A DNA stretch of 64,000 nt from an uncultured archaeon (GTDB taxonomy: Archaea > Hadarchaeota > Hadarchaeia > Hadarchaeales > Hadarchaeaceae): contig CAKZTQ010000015.1 in assembly GCA_937921735.1 (NCBI GenBank), positions 1 through 64,000 of the forward strand. The letters run 5' to 3'. The notes beneath the pieces were generated by a model. The model did no database searches. It was not told the DNA's origin and worked only from the letters and a program-made list of their open reading frames with translations. Shown in pieces: positions 1-8,372 of this stretch; the stretch's first letter is position 1, and every line of letters begins with the position of its first letter. Position numbers and translations under genes: made by a program.

Positions 1-76
1 ATCGCTCGAACCTCCTGCGCACGCGCTCGCTCTTGAGCGCCAGCTCGCCGTAGCGCACGATGATCGTCTTCGCCAT
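1..76 (-). CDS. thiI: tRNA 4-thiouridine synthase ThiI, N-terminus (gene runs off the window)
   Basis: Hand translation from ATG at 76: MAKTIIVRYGELALKSERVRRRFER, the typical ThiI N-terminal VRYGExxLK motif. Confidence 0.8.
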   Translation of the reverse strand, partial: MAKTIIVRYGELALKSERVRRRFER

Positions 77-119
77 GGCGTTAAGTCGGTTTTATAGAAA
101 ATGAAGAAACTATCCTATT

Positions 120-2279
120 CTACTGGTGCCTGAGTTCGAACCTTTTCAGCATCAATGAATTCCCTACCACGATGATGTCGCTCAAGACCATCGCGATTGC
201 AGCGACCATGGGAGAGATCACTACATGCAGGAATGGGTAAAGGACTCCAGCCGCTATCGGTATCGCCAAGATATTATAGGAAAACGCGAAGAATAAGTTC
301 TGCTTAATCTTGCCCATGGTCTTCCTGCTCAATTTAATAAAACATGCAACATCGGTCAAATCGTTCTTGACCAGCACAACATTGCCCGCCTCGATGGCGA
401 CGTCAGTTCCGGCACCTATCGCGATCCCCACATCCGCCTGCGTTAGAGCTGGAGCATCGTTTATCCCATCTCCAACCATCCCGACTACTTTACCCTTCGC
501 CTGGAGTTTTTTCACTTCATTCGCCTTATCTTGGGGAAGGACATCAGCTAACACATGGTCGATTCCGACTTTCTTGGCGATGGCCTCCGCCGTCTTCTTA
601 TTGTCACCTGTGAGCATCATCACCTCTATCCCTGCCTCCCTGAGTTCATCCACCGCCCTCTTGGAGGTTTTTCTGAGGGTGTCTGCGGCTGCCACGATCC
701 CGATGGCTTTTTTATCCACAGCCAAGACCATCGCTGTTTTTCCTTCCCCTTCCAATTTTTCTATTTGATCAAGCAGATGTGTGATATCGATTTTGTTCGC
801 CGACATCAGCTTTTTATTCCCGAAGAGGATCTCCTTGCCCTTGTACTTGGCCTTCACACCTTCCCCCGGGATCACCTTGAACCAATCGGCGTCGGGGACC
901 CTCCCCAGCTCCTTCCTGGCCTTATCCACTATCGCGCCCGCCAACGGGTGCTCCGACCCCTTTTCGGCGATCGCAGCGAAGAGCAGGACCTCCCTCCTTT
1001 CGCTGAGCGCGATGATGTCGGTCACCTTGGGCTTCCCTACGGTCAGGGTGCGGGTTTTGTCTAGTATAATAGTGGTTATCTTGTGGGCTCGCTCCAGCGC
1101 CGCCCCATCTTTTATCAGAATCCCGTGCTCCGCTCCCTTGCCGAGGCCGACCATGACCGCCATCGGGGTGGCTATGCCTAAAGCGCAGGGACATGCGACC
1201 ACGAGGACCGAGACGAACACGGTTAGGGCGAACAGAAATGAGGAATCCAAGACAAAATACCAGGCCGCAAAACTTACGATGGCTATCATCAAAACTATCG
1301 GGACGAAATAGTTCACGACGGTGTCCGCGAGCCGCTGGATGGGCGCCTTCGATGCCTGGGCCTCTTCGATCAACCTTATTATCTGGGACAGCACGGTGTC
1401 CTTCCCTATCCTAGTCGCCCTGACCTTCAATACCCCAGTTTTATTGATGGTCGCACCGATTACCACGTCTCCCTTTTTCTTCTCCACCGGAATCGATTCA
1501 CCTGTTATGATCGATTCGTCGACCGATGAGTACCCCTTCACCACCACGCCGTCTACGGGGATTCTCTCACCCGGCCTGATGAGCAGGATGTCGCCGACTT
1601 GGATGTGCCCCACGGGGACTCGGACCTCCCTTCCCCTCTTCAAAACCGTCGCCGTCTCGGGCTGAAGTAGGGTCAGCCTTTCGATCGCCTCCCCGGTCCT
1701 CCCCCTCGCTAGGTCCTCTAGGAACCTTCCGATCGCAATCGTGGTGACGACGGTCGCCGAGGCCTCGTAGAAAGTTGGCCCCTCGATGAAGAAGGTTGCG
1801 GCTAGGCTGTAAAAGTATGCGGCGGATGTGCTCAGGGCCACGAGGACGTCGAGGTTTGCAAATCTATTTTTCAGGGAATAGTAGGCGCCCCTGTAGAAGC
1901 TCCACCCGACGATGAACTGAACGGGGGTGGCCAAGAGAAAGAGCAGAAGCCTCTTCTCAGGAAAAATAAGGAACAATTCTATGATGAGCACAGGTATCGT
2001 GAGCGCCAAGCCGAGGACGATCAGGACCGCACGCCTTTTTACTCGCTCCCTTTCGAGGGGCTTCCTTTCCCTCACCTTATAGCCCGCGCCCTCGATGCTC
2101 CGTTCTATTTCCTTCGGGCCCACCTTTTTTGGATCGTATTCCACCGTCGCCCTTGCAGTCGCGAAGCTGACACTGGCCTTTATGACGCCTCTAACCTTGG
2201 AGACGGACCTTTCTATCGCGACCGCACAGTGGGCGCAGTCCATGCCCTCTATTTCGAGCACGATTTTCTTTCTCGACAT
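120..2279 (-). CDS. copA: P1B-type copper-exporting ATPase
   Basis: N-terminal GMDCAHC HMA domain, TGES, CPC, SEHPL, GDGIND and YN motifs; phosphorylation motif reads DKTRT. Confidence 0.93.
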   Translation of the reverse strand: MSRKKIVLEIEGMDCAHCAVAIERSVSKVRGVIKASVSFATARATVEYDPKKVGPKEIERSIEGAGYKVRERKPLERERVKRRAVLIVLGLALTIPVLIIELFLIFPEKRLLLFLLATPVQFIVGWSFYRGAYYSLKNRFANLDVLVALSTSAAYFYSLAATFFIEGPTFYEASATVVTTIAIGRFLEDLARGRTGEAIERLTLLQPETATVLKRGREVRVPVGHIQVGDILLIRPGERIPVDGVVVKGYSSVDESIITGESIPVEKKKGDVVIGATINKTGVLKVRATRIGKDTVLSQIIRLIEEAQASKAPIQRLADTVVNYFVPIVLMIAIVSFAAWYFVLDSSFLFALTVFVSVLVVACPCALGIATPMAVMVGLGKGAEHGILIKDGAALERAHKITTIILDKTRTLTVGKPKVTDIIALSERREVLLFAAIAEKGSEHPLAGAIVDKARKELGRVPDADWFKVIPGEGVKAKYKGKEILFGNKKLMSANKIDITHLLDQIEKLEGEGKTAMVLAVDKKAIGIVAAADTLRKTSKRAVDELREAGIEVMMLTGDNKKTAEAIAKKVGIDHVLADVLPQDKANEVKKLQAKGKVVGMVGDGINDAPALTQADVGIAIGAGTDVAIEAGNVVLVKNDLTDVACFIKLSRKTMGKIKQNLFFAFSYNILAIPIAAGVLYPFLHVVISPMVAAIAMVLSDIIVVGNSLMLKRFELRHQ

Positions 2280-2300
2280 CCCTTTTCACCGCAATCTTTA

Positions 2301-2315
2301 TATAACAGTGTTATA
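2301..2315. promoter_or_regulatory. Palindromic operator TATAACAGTGTTATA (site 1), in the copA / tRNA-Cys divergent promoter
   Basis: Perfect 6-3-6 inverted repeat overlapping TATA-like TTTATATA at 2297-2304; motif recurs 5 times in intergenic DNA. Confidence 0.8.
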
Positions 2316-2330
2316 CTTATATCTATCGAA

Positions 2331-2404
2331 GCCGGGGTAGCCTAGTGGTAAGGCGGTGGGCTGCAGACCCGCTTACGCCGGTTCAAATCCGGCCCCCGGC
2401 TCCA
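2331..2404 (+). tRNA. tRNA-Cys(GCA), CCA encoded, no intron
   Basis: Cloverleaf: GCCGGGG/CCCCGGC acceptor, GCCT/AGGC D-stem, GTGGG/CCCGC with loop CT-GCA-GA, GCCGG-TTCAAAT-CCGGC T-arm, U73, CCA. Confidence 0.97.
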
Positions 2405-2413
2405 GGCGATCGC

Positions 2414-2866
2414 ATGAAGATATTGTTCGCGCACGCAGATTATTTGAACTATAGGGTCAAGGAGAGGACGAAGTTCGCGGAGGAAGTGGGGGAGGACCGC
2501 AAGGTCGGCAACATGGAAGATCCTCTGATAGCATTCACCTGCGTGGAGAAGGGAGATGAAGAGTTAAATGGCATAGCCGGAGAAGCCTTGGCGGAAATCA
2601 AAGACGTAGCAGATAGGGTCAGGGCCAAGAACATCGCCCTCTTCCCATTCGCCCACCTTTCGTCCGACCTGGCATCGCCCACATTCGCTGTGAAGCTGCT
2701 GATGGACCTTGAAAACAGGTTGAAGGCGGAAGGCTACCTAGTCCTGAGGGCACCATTCGGATGGTATAAGGTGTTCGAGTTCAGGACCAAGGGGCACCCG
2801 CTGGCGCTTCTATCTCGATCCATACCGAATCGGACAAAACAGTCCCATTCACCGACATCTGAATAG
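2414..2866 (+). CDS. Stand-alone archaeal ThrRS editing-domain protein (DTD-like fold), paralog 1
   Basis: MKILFAHADY...PFAHLS...APFGWYK...KGHPL; start at ATG 2414, 9 nt after the tRNA CCA. Confidence 0.88.
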   Translation: MKILFAHADYLNYRVKERTKFAEEVGEDRKVGNMEDPLIAFTCVEKGDEELNGIAGEALAEIKDVADRVRAKNIALFPFAHLSSDLASPTFAVKLLMDLENRLKAEGYLVLRAPFGWYKVFEFRTKGHPLALLSRSIPNRTKQSHSPTSE

Positions 2867-2885
2867 GAGTTCATCCAACGGCAGC

Positions 2886-3200
2886 TTATTTCTCCTTTCT
2901 TAGTATCGCACAGAGGTTGCAGTACATTTCGGCTATCTGGATCCCCCGCATCCCTCTAACCGCGATGGCATCCGAAAGTTCCCTCAAGGACTTCATGAAG
3001 TCGCTCCTCTTGAGAAGTGCCTTAGCGCGGCTTGTCCCCCGAAGCGACCTGAGGTACTGGCTGACGGCGGGCTGCGTGATGCCGAGCCTCTTGGCCACCT
3101 CGATCTGATTCAAGTTGTGCCTCTCGACCAGGTCCTTGACGAGGATGGCCCTTATGGTCGGGAGGACGTCCTTAAATATCTCTTCGCAGGGGGGCTTCAT
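2886..3200 (-). CDS. HTH transcriptional regulator (COG2522-like) with N-terminal PCE and C-terminal CxxC
   Basis: MKPPCE...NQIEVAKRLGITQPAVSQYL helix-turn-helix...YCNLC. Confidence 0.85.
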   Translation of the reverse strand: MKPPCEEIFKDVLPTIRAILVKDLVERHNLNQIEVAKRLGITQPAVSQYLRSLRGTSRAKALLKRSDFMKSLRELSDAIAVRGMRGIQIAEMYCNLCAILRKEK

Positions 3201-3208
3201 TTTTATCA

Positions 3209-3223
3209 AATAACGTTGTTATA
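3209..3223. promoter_or_regulatory. Palindromic operator AATAACGTTGTTATA (site 2), upstream of the regulator gene
   Basis: One mismatch to consensus; lies between a minus-strand TATA-like TTTAATA (3231-3237) and the start codon. Confidence 0.75.
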
Positions 3224-3306
3224 AGGAATGTATTAAACTTTATGATGTAAGTGAAAGAACCACTAAATCACCTCGGAGAGAAAGAATAACTAAAGGCGGG
3301 GCGCAC

Positions 3307-4203
3307 ATGAGGATATTCGGTACTTCCGTTGAAGGGTTTCTAAACATCCATCTTTACGAGGAACCGTCGGCGAAGAACCTTAAGCTCGATGAAATTGCCG
3401 GCTACTTGAGGGAGAAACTCGGAGAAATACCAATTGATGTGAGAAAACCGTTTATCAGGGCAAGTTCTGAAGATGAGGCAAATATCCTCGCCCGAAAGCT
3501 TGCCGAAACGAAAGTCCGCGACTTGGCGAACCCCAACGTGCGCCTCCAACCCCTCCCCGGCGAAGTCGAGTTCGAGCGAAAGCTCCTACGGGACCCCAAC
3601 CTCAGGCTCACGGGAGTGCTCTACGATGGATTCAGGCTCCAAGCGGTGCTCCGAGAACTTTTGCCTGCGGATGAGTTCAGCATTGGGCACGCCCATATCG
3701 TCTTCACGAACCGCCTCTTTGGCACTTTTGACGAGGGTGACCGCAGGTACCACGCCCGAGTAAGCGTTTATGGCTTCCCTTCCATCATCTCAACGACCGG
3801 CATCGTTGAGGCTCCAGCCAAACCTAAGGAGTTCTACCTCCTCAAGCAGCAATATGCCGCACTCGGGATGTCCGATGTGCCGCTCGAGGTCCTCAAGGAG
3901 AAATTCATGGGCAGATTCGTCGATTACGACGATGAGAGGCTCACTGAGATCATGAAAGGTTATGTGATGCAGGCAATTTTCTATCATGTTTTTGGCGACC
4001 CTTTTTGCGAAAAAGTTACCTGTAGATTGTTCAATAGCCATTGGCAGGAAGAAGTTATCAAATCACAGCTTGAGCCTAGGGAAAAAGAATTCTGCGATCG
4101 CCACCACGAGATGTTAAGCAAGCTTAGGCAAACCCTTGAGCATGGTATCTACCATAGGATTGTCTGTTTTGACCGTCACAAGTTAGCTAACGTTTCAAGG
4201 TAG
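3307..4203 (+). CDS. Conserved archaeal protein, archaemetzincin-like C-terminus without HExxH
   Basis: 298-aa ORF; C-terminal YHVFGDPFCEKVTCRLF...FCDRH resembles the archaemetzincin Cys pattern. Confidence 0.6.
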   Translation: MRIFGTSVEGFLNIHLYEEPSAKNLKLDEIAGYLREKLGEIPIDVRKPFIRASSEDEANILARKLAETKVRDLANPNVRLQPLPGEVEFERKLLRDPNLRLTGVLYDGFRLQAVLRELLPADEFSIGHAHIVFTNRLFGTFDEGDRRYHARVSVYGFPSIISTTGIVEAPAKPKEFYLLKQQYAALGMSDVPLEVLKEKFMGRFVDYDDERLTEIMKGYVMQAIFYHVFGDPFCEKVTCRLFNSHWQEEVIKSQLEPREKEFCDRHHEMLSKLRQTLEHGIYHRIVCFDRHKLANVSR

Positions 4204-4850
4204 CCCTTAAAGTCCTCCTCAAAGGTACGAACTTCTAAAATCCCCTGAAAACCTTTTTGAATTGCCCTTTGAATTTCGGGGTCCGCGATAAGCCGGTCGA
4301 GCACCTCAGGCTCCGCCCTAGTCCGCGGGTATTTTGGCGTGGCAAAACAGCAGCCGGCGTGTACCTCATGCCAGATGCCCAGCTCCTTGGAGATCTTCCC
4401 TATTTCCTCCTTGTCGAGGCCGAGCAAAGGCCTCAGGATCGGGAATTTTATCCCTTTTGAGGTTACCCCGAGATTCGTCAATGTCTGAGTCGCCTTCTGT
4501 CCTAGCGATTCCCCCGTTACTATGCCCGCTGCCCCCTCGAGCTCGCAGATGGCTTCAGCAACCTTGAACATGTTTTTTCTGCACGCCAGGCAAGCGTAGC
4601 TCCTCTTTTCCCGATTTTTCAGGATGGCGTCCAAAACCTTGGCCCAAGGGTAGACAATGACCTTCTTGAACCTGGCCTTTTTTCTGAGGTCTTTCAACAC
4701 TTTCATGGCGACGAGAAAGGTTTCTTCACAAGTGAAGGGATAGAGACAAAAGTGGAGGGGGATGACATTGAACCTTCTGGCGGCTAAGGCGCAGGCAACT
4801 GGCGAATCGATGCCTCCAGAGACCAAACAAACGACATCCTCCTTCCCCAT
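4176..4850 (-). CDS. ThiI-family PP-loop sulfurtransferase, catalytic domain only (no THUMP)
   Basis: SGGIDS PP-loop, CLAC, TGESLGQKATQTL, RPLLGLDKEEI, GCC. Confidence 0.85.
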   Translation of the reverse strand: MGKEDVVCLVSGGIDSPVACALAARRFNVIPLHFCLYPFTCEETFLVAMKVLKDLRKKARFKKVIVYPWAKVLDAILKNREKRSYACLACRKNMFKVAEAICELEGAAGIVTGESLGQKATQTLTNLGVTSKGIKFPILRPLLGLDKEEIGKISKELGIWHEVHAGCCFATPKYPRTRAEPEVLDRLIADPEIQRAIQKGFQGILEVRTFEEDFKGYLETLANL

Positions 4851-4880
4851 GTCAATCGACCTAGCTCCAAATGCCTGATA

Positions 4881-5600
4881 TCACCCTTTGCCAACGCGTT
4901 CGGCTTCCCCCAGTAGGATGAGCCCTAAGCCGGCGGTTTCCTTGTCAGGCGCCTCCGCCGCGAAGAACAGTGCAAGATATCTAGCGGTTTGCAGGGCTTT
5001 CTCGAATTCATTCCGCCCCCCTTCCAGTTTCAATGCTTCGATGGCGTTTCTTAAGTTTGAATAACCCTCGATGAGAAGTTCAGCGTTAGGAAGCTCATCG
5101 AGCCGCACGGTCAAGGCCTTTTCCTTAACCATGCACCTCCCGCACTTCCCAGAGGCGCAATTGATGGTCGGCTCCCCGCAAACATCGCAGATGACCGCTC
5201 CCCAAACTAGGCGGGATATGGAGTTGGCCACCTTCAGGATTTCCTCCTTATCCAGTGCCCGCTGTATTTTGAGCTTACCGTTTTTGAAGATGCTTATCTC
5301 TCGCCCCTTGAACTTAATCTTGGCGACCCCGAGGCTTGGGCTGCATTTTAGCTCCGCGAACCTCCTTCGGTGAACTTCAAGCATTGAACAGAGGGTGGCG
5401 GGGTCTATCAGCTGGGCTTTGGCTTCATCCCTTTTTAGCTCCACGTCGGCCATCAACTTTCCCCTCTCTGAAACGCAGGGCTGTACGTAGAGCACGGCCT
5501 CCTTTCTGACCTTCAAAAGGTCTCTGACCTCGACCCCTTTTGAAAGGGAGCACTCATCCTTAAATTTGGGAACGATTATCTGGGTGAGTTTTTCGGCCAT
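4881..5600 (-). CDS. Hypothetical Cys-rich protein, putative Fe-S/Zn binding
   Basis: CDVCGEPTINCASGKCGRC motif; tightly coupled downstream of iscU; start taken at ATG 5600. Confidence 0.65.
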   Translation of the reverse strand: MAEKLTQIIVPKFKDECSLSKGVEVRDLLKVRKEAVLYVQPCVSERGKLMADVELKRDEAKAQLIDPATLCSMLEVHRRRFAELKCSPSLGVAKIKFKGREISIFKNGKLKIQRALDKEEILKVANSISRLVWGAVICDVCGEPTINCASGKCGRCMVKEKALTVRLDELPNAELLIEGYSNLRNAIEALKLEGGRNEFEKALQTARYLALFFAAEAPDKETAGLGLILLGEAERVGKG

Positions 5601-5610
5601 CTCTATGCCC

Positions 5611-6036
5611 TTACGTATGAGGTTGCTTTTCGCCTTCAACATTTTTCTGCCTATACTCCTGTATCGCTTTTTTCAACGTCTTGTACGCCAGAACCGCGCA
5701 GTGCATCTTCAGCGCGGGCAGGCCGCCCAGCGCGCTCGAGATCTCCTTAATCGAGAGCTTCTCAGCCTCATCCACGGTTTTCCCCTTAACCAGCTCGGTC
5801 ACGATCGAGCCCGTAGCGATGTTAGCCGCGCAGCCAAAGGAGAGGAACTTTGCATCCACGATTTTGTCATTTTCTATCTTCAGCGACATCTGCATCATGT
5901 CCCCACATTGAGCATCTCCTTCAGTTGCCGTGACCGTTGGATTCTCCATCTCACCGACATTCTTCGGATTTCTGAATAGCTCGATCACCTGCTGTGTGTA
6001 CTTAAGTAGGCTCCTTTCGGTGTACTCAACCGGCAT
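5611..6036 (-). CDS. iscU: Fe-S cluster scaffold IscU/NifU-N
   Basis: NPKNVG, CGD, FGC, LPALKMHC; three conserved Cys. Confidence 0.93.
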   Translation of the reverse strand: MPVEYTERSLLKYTQQVIELFRNPKNVGEMENPTVTATEGDAQCGDMMQMSLKIENDKIVDAKFLSFGCAANIATGSIVTELVKGKTVDEAEKLSIKEISSALGGLPALKMHCAVLAYKTLKKAIQEYRQKNVEGEKQPHT

Positions 6037-6045
6037 TTGCCTCCC

Positions 6046-7218
6046 TCAAAAGGCCCCTGGTTTTATAGGGCTTATCTTCCTGAGGTTATCGATCACCCTC
6101 GGAAGCACTTCTAGCACGTATTCTATCTCCTCTGCAGTGTTATACCTGCTCAATGTGAACCTTATCGCCCCGTGCGCAACTTCAGGTTTAACCCCTATCG
6201 CCGTCAGAACGTGGCTGGGCTCGAGCTTTCGTGTAGAACATGCTGAACCAGTTGCAACTGATATGCCGTTGAGGTCGAGGTGAAGCAGCACCGACTCCCC
6301 TTCGACGTACTTGAATGAGTAGTTCACGTTCGCTGGGCTTCTTTTATCTCCCCTTGGCCCGTGCAGCATCACATGCTGAATTTTTTCTTCAATCCCGGCC
6401 ATCAGCTTGTCCCTTAACTTTCGCATGTGTTCGACATTTTTTTCGAAACCGTCAAACGCAAGTTCAGCAGCCTTCCCGAAGCCCACTATTGCTGGGACGT
6501 TTTCCGTACCAGGTTTTAGCTTGAACAGAGAGATGTAGCCGTAAGTTATCGGTTCGATGGGGGTATTTTCCCGCAGGTAGAGGGCACCCACTCCTTTAGG
6601 GCCATGGATCTTATGGGCACTGATGCTCATGGCGTCGATGCTCATGCGCTCTACATCTATCGGGACCCTTGCATAAGAGGCGGCCGCATTGACGTGGAAA
6701 TAGATCTTATGTTTTTGCTCCCGCAGTATTTTCCCTATTTCCTTGATCGGCTCTATTGTTCCTATTTCATCGTTGACGTGCATCACGCTTACGAGGATCG
6801 TCTTTTCATTTATCAAATTTTGTAGTTGGTCGAGGTTGACGAATCCTTGAGGATCGACATCTAAGTAGTCTATCCTAAACCCATCCCTTTCTAATTTCTC
6901 GCACACCCGCAGGACTGAGGGGTTCTCAACCCTCGTCGTGATTATGTGATTACCCTTTTCTCGGTTGGCGTAGGCTATCCCGCGTATGGCGAGGTCATTT
7001 GACTCGGTGGCACCGGAGGTAAAAATTATTTCCCCCGGTTTTGCATTTATCGTCTTCGCGATGATTTCTTGGGTCTTCTCGACGGCATCGGCAGCTTCCT
7101 GCCCGAGCGAATAGACGAAGATTGGGTGGCCAAACTTCTCCGTAAAATAAGGCAACATCGCATCTATGACTTCCTCGGCAACTTGGGTTGTAGTGCCATT
7201 ATCTAGATAAACCTTCAT
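6046..7218 (-). CDS. iscS: IscS/NifS-family cysteine desulfurase homolog with an atypical PLP pocket
   Basis: YLDN, FTSGATES, SAHKIHGPKG, GTEN, GSACS; EH reads EN and DAxQ reads NAAA. Confidence 0.88.
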   Translation of the reverse strand: MKVYLDNGTTTQVAEEVIDAMLPYFTEKFGHPIFVYSLGQEAADAVEKTQEIIAKTINAKPGEIIFTSGATESNDLAIRGIAYANREKGNHIITTRVENPSVLRVCEKLERDGFRIDYLDVDPQGFVNLDQLQNLINEKTILVSVMHVNDEIGTIEPIKEIGKILREQKHKIYFHVNAAASYARVPIDVERMSIDAMSISAHKIHGPKGVGALYLRENTPIEPITYGYISLFKLKPGTENVPAIVGFGKAAELAFDGFEKNVEHMRKLRDKLMAGIEEKIQHVMLHGPRGDKRSPANVNYSFKYVEGESVLLHLDLNGISVATGSACSTRKLEPSHVLTAIGVKPEVAHGAIRFTLSRYNTAEEIEYVLEVLPRVIDNLRKISPIKPGAF

Positions 7219-7237
7219 AGCCGTCCCTTAGTTCATT

Positions 7238-8284
7238 TTAATAACTTATGATTTTATTTAAGATACTCTTGGCCCTCTTTTCAGAATCCGTATTATGTAC
7301 GAGGGCTCTGCCTGAGGGAGCGATCGCAATCGAATATTTGTCGTAGTCAACGATCAATAAGTGCTCTGTCAATTTTTTTATCTGAAATTCCGGATTTCTT
7401 TTCAGTTCACCTGCTAACTCCCGCAGATCCAATTTCAAGTCGACTTTTGGGGATATCTGGATTGCGTTCCTTCCGCACAAAGTGCTGATGATCGATTGTT
7501 TTATTTCTTGTGTAAGTAAGGGGAACTCCTTACGTACGCACACGGAGCAGTTTGGATCTTTTTCGACATCAACAGTATCGAAATGCAAAGAGGAGAGATC
7601 AAAACATAGGAGTTTTGATTCCAAATTATCCCCAAAACCCACAAAATACTTGATGACTTCCACAGCCTCGATGATGCCGACCATGCCCGGCGCAGGACCC
7701 AAGACCCCAGCTACCTCGCATGTCGGCAAGGACCCGGGTTCGGGCATCTCGGGAATTATGCACTTCAGACATGGAGTCTTCCCTGGGATTATCATGCTGA
7801 GCACGCCATAATCTCCTATCGCCGCCCCGTAGATGAAGGGTACATTGTTTTTGACGCAGATTTCATTGAGTAGGAACCTTGCCTCCATGTTGTCCGTGCC
7901 GTCCAAGACGATGTCGACATCCTTCACGAGCCTTTCAGCCGTAGTTGGATTAAAGTCCTCAAACACCGCATCCAGGACGATGTCGGAGTTGACCTTCTCC
8001 AACTTCTCCTTGGCCGCGATCGCTTTTGGCTTGTACTCCTTAGCATCCTCTTCATTATATAGGATTTGCCTCTGGATGTTGCTCAACTCCACATAGTCCC
8101 TATCGATCAACCTTATGTAACCAATTCCGGCAGATGCTAGGTAGACCGCCGCAGGGCTTCCAATTGCCCCTAAGCCGAGTATTGCGACCCTGCCTTTTTT
8201 CAGCTTCTCTTGGCCCCCTTCTCCAATTTTTGGGAAAACTATCTGTCTTGAGTACCGTTCTTTCTCGATCTCCGTAAGCACCAT
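7238..8284 (-). CDS. ThiF/MoeB/UbaA E1-like adenylyltransferase with C-terminal extension
   Basis: RYSRQI, GLGAIG, ELSNIQRQ, DGTDN, PCLKC, PTCE, CSVC. Confidence 0.92.
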   Translation of the reverse strand: MVLTEIEKERYSRQIVFPKIGEGGQEKLKKGRVAILGLGAIGSPAAVYLASAGIGYIRLIDRDYVELSNIQRQILYNEEDAKEYKPKAIAAKEKLEKVNSDIVLDAVFEDFNPTTAERLVKDVDIVLDGTDNMEARFLLNEICVKNNVPFIYGAAIGDYGVLSMIIPGKTPCLKCIIPEMPEPGSLPTCEVAGVLGPAPGMVGIIEAVEVIKYFVGFGDNLESKLLCFDLSSLHFDTVDVEKDPNCSVCVRKEFPLLTQEIKQSIISTLCGRNAIQISPKVDLKLDLRELAGELKRNPEFQIKKLTEHLLIVDYDKYSIAIAPSGRALVHNTDSEKRAKSILNKIISY

Positions 8285-8306
8285 ATGACCACTCCTGCCA
8301 TGGTAT

Positions 8307-8321
8307 TATAACAATGTTATA
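8307..8321. promoter_or_regulatory. Palindromic operator TATAACAATGTTATA (site 3), upstream of the E1-iscS-iscU operon
   Basis: Perfect 6-3-6 repeat overlapping the 3' side of a minus-strand TATA-like TTATATAT. Confidence 0.8.
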
Positions 8322-8372
8322 TATAAGAATTATTTAACGATGGAATCGGGGAAAAGGAAGACATTTTATCGT

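Noticed and set aside
2345-2413. N-terminal extension of the ORF 2345-2866
   Set aside because: It is translated tRNA-Cys sequence; homology starts at ATG 2414
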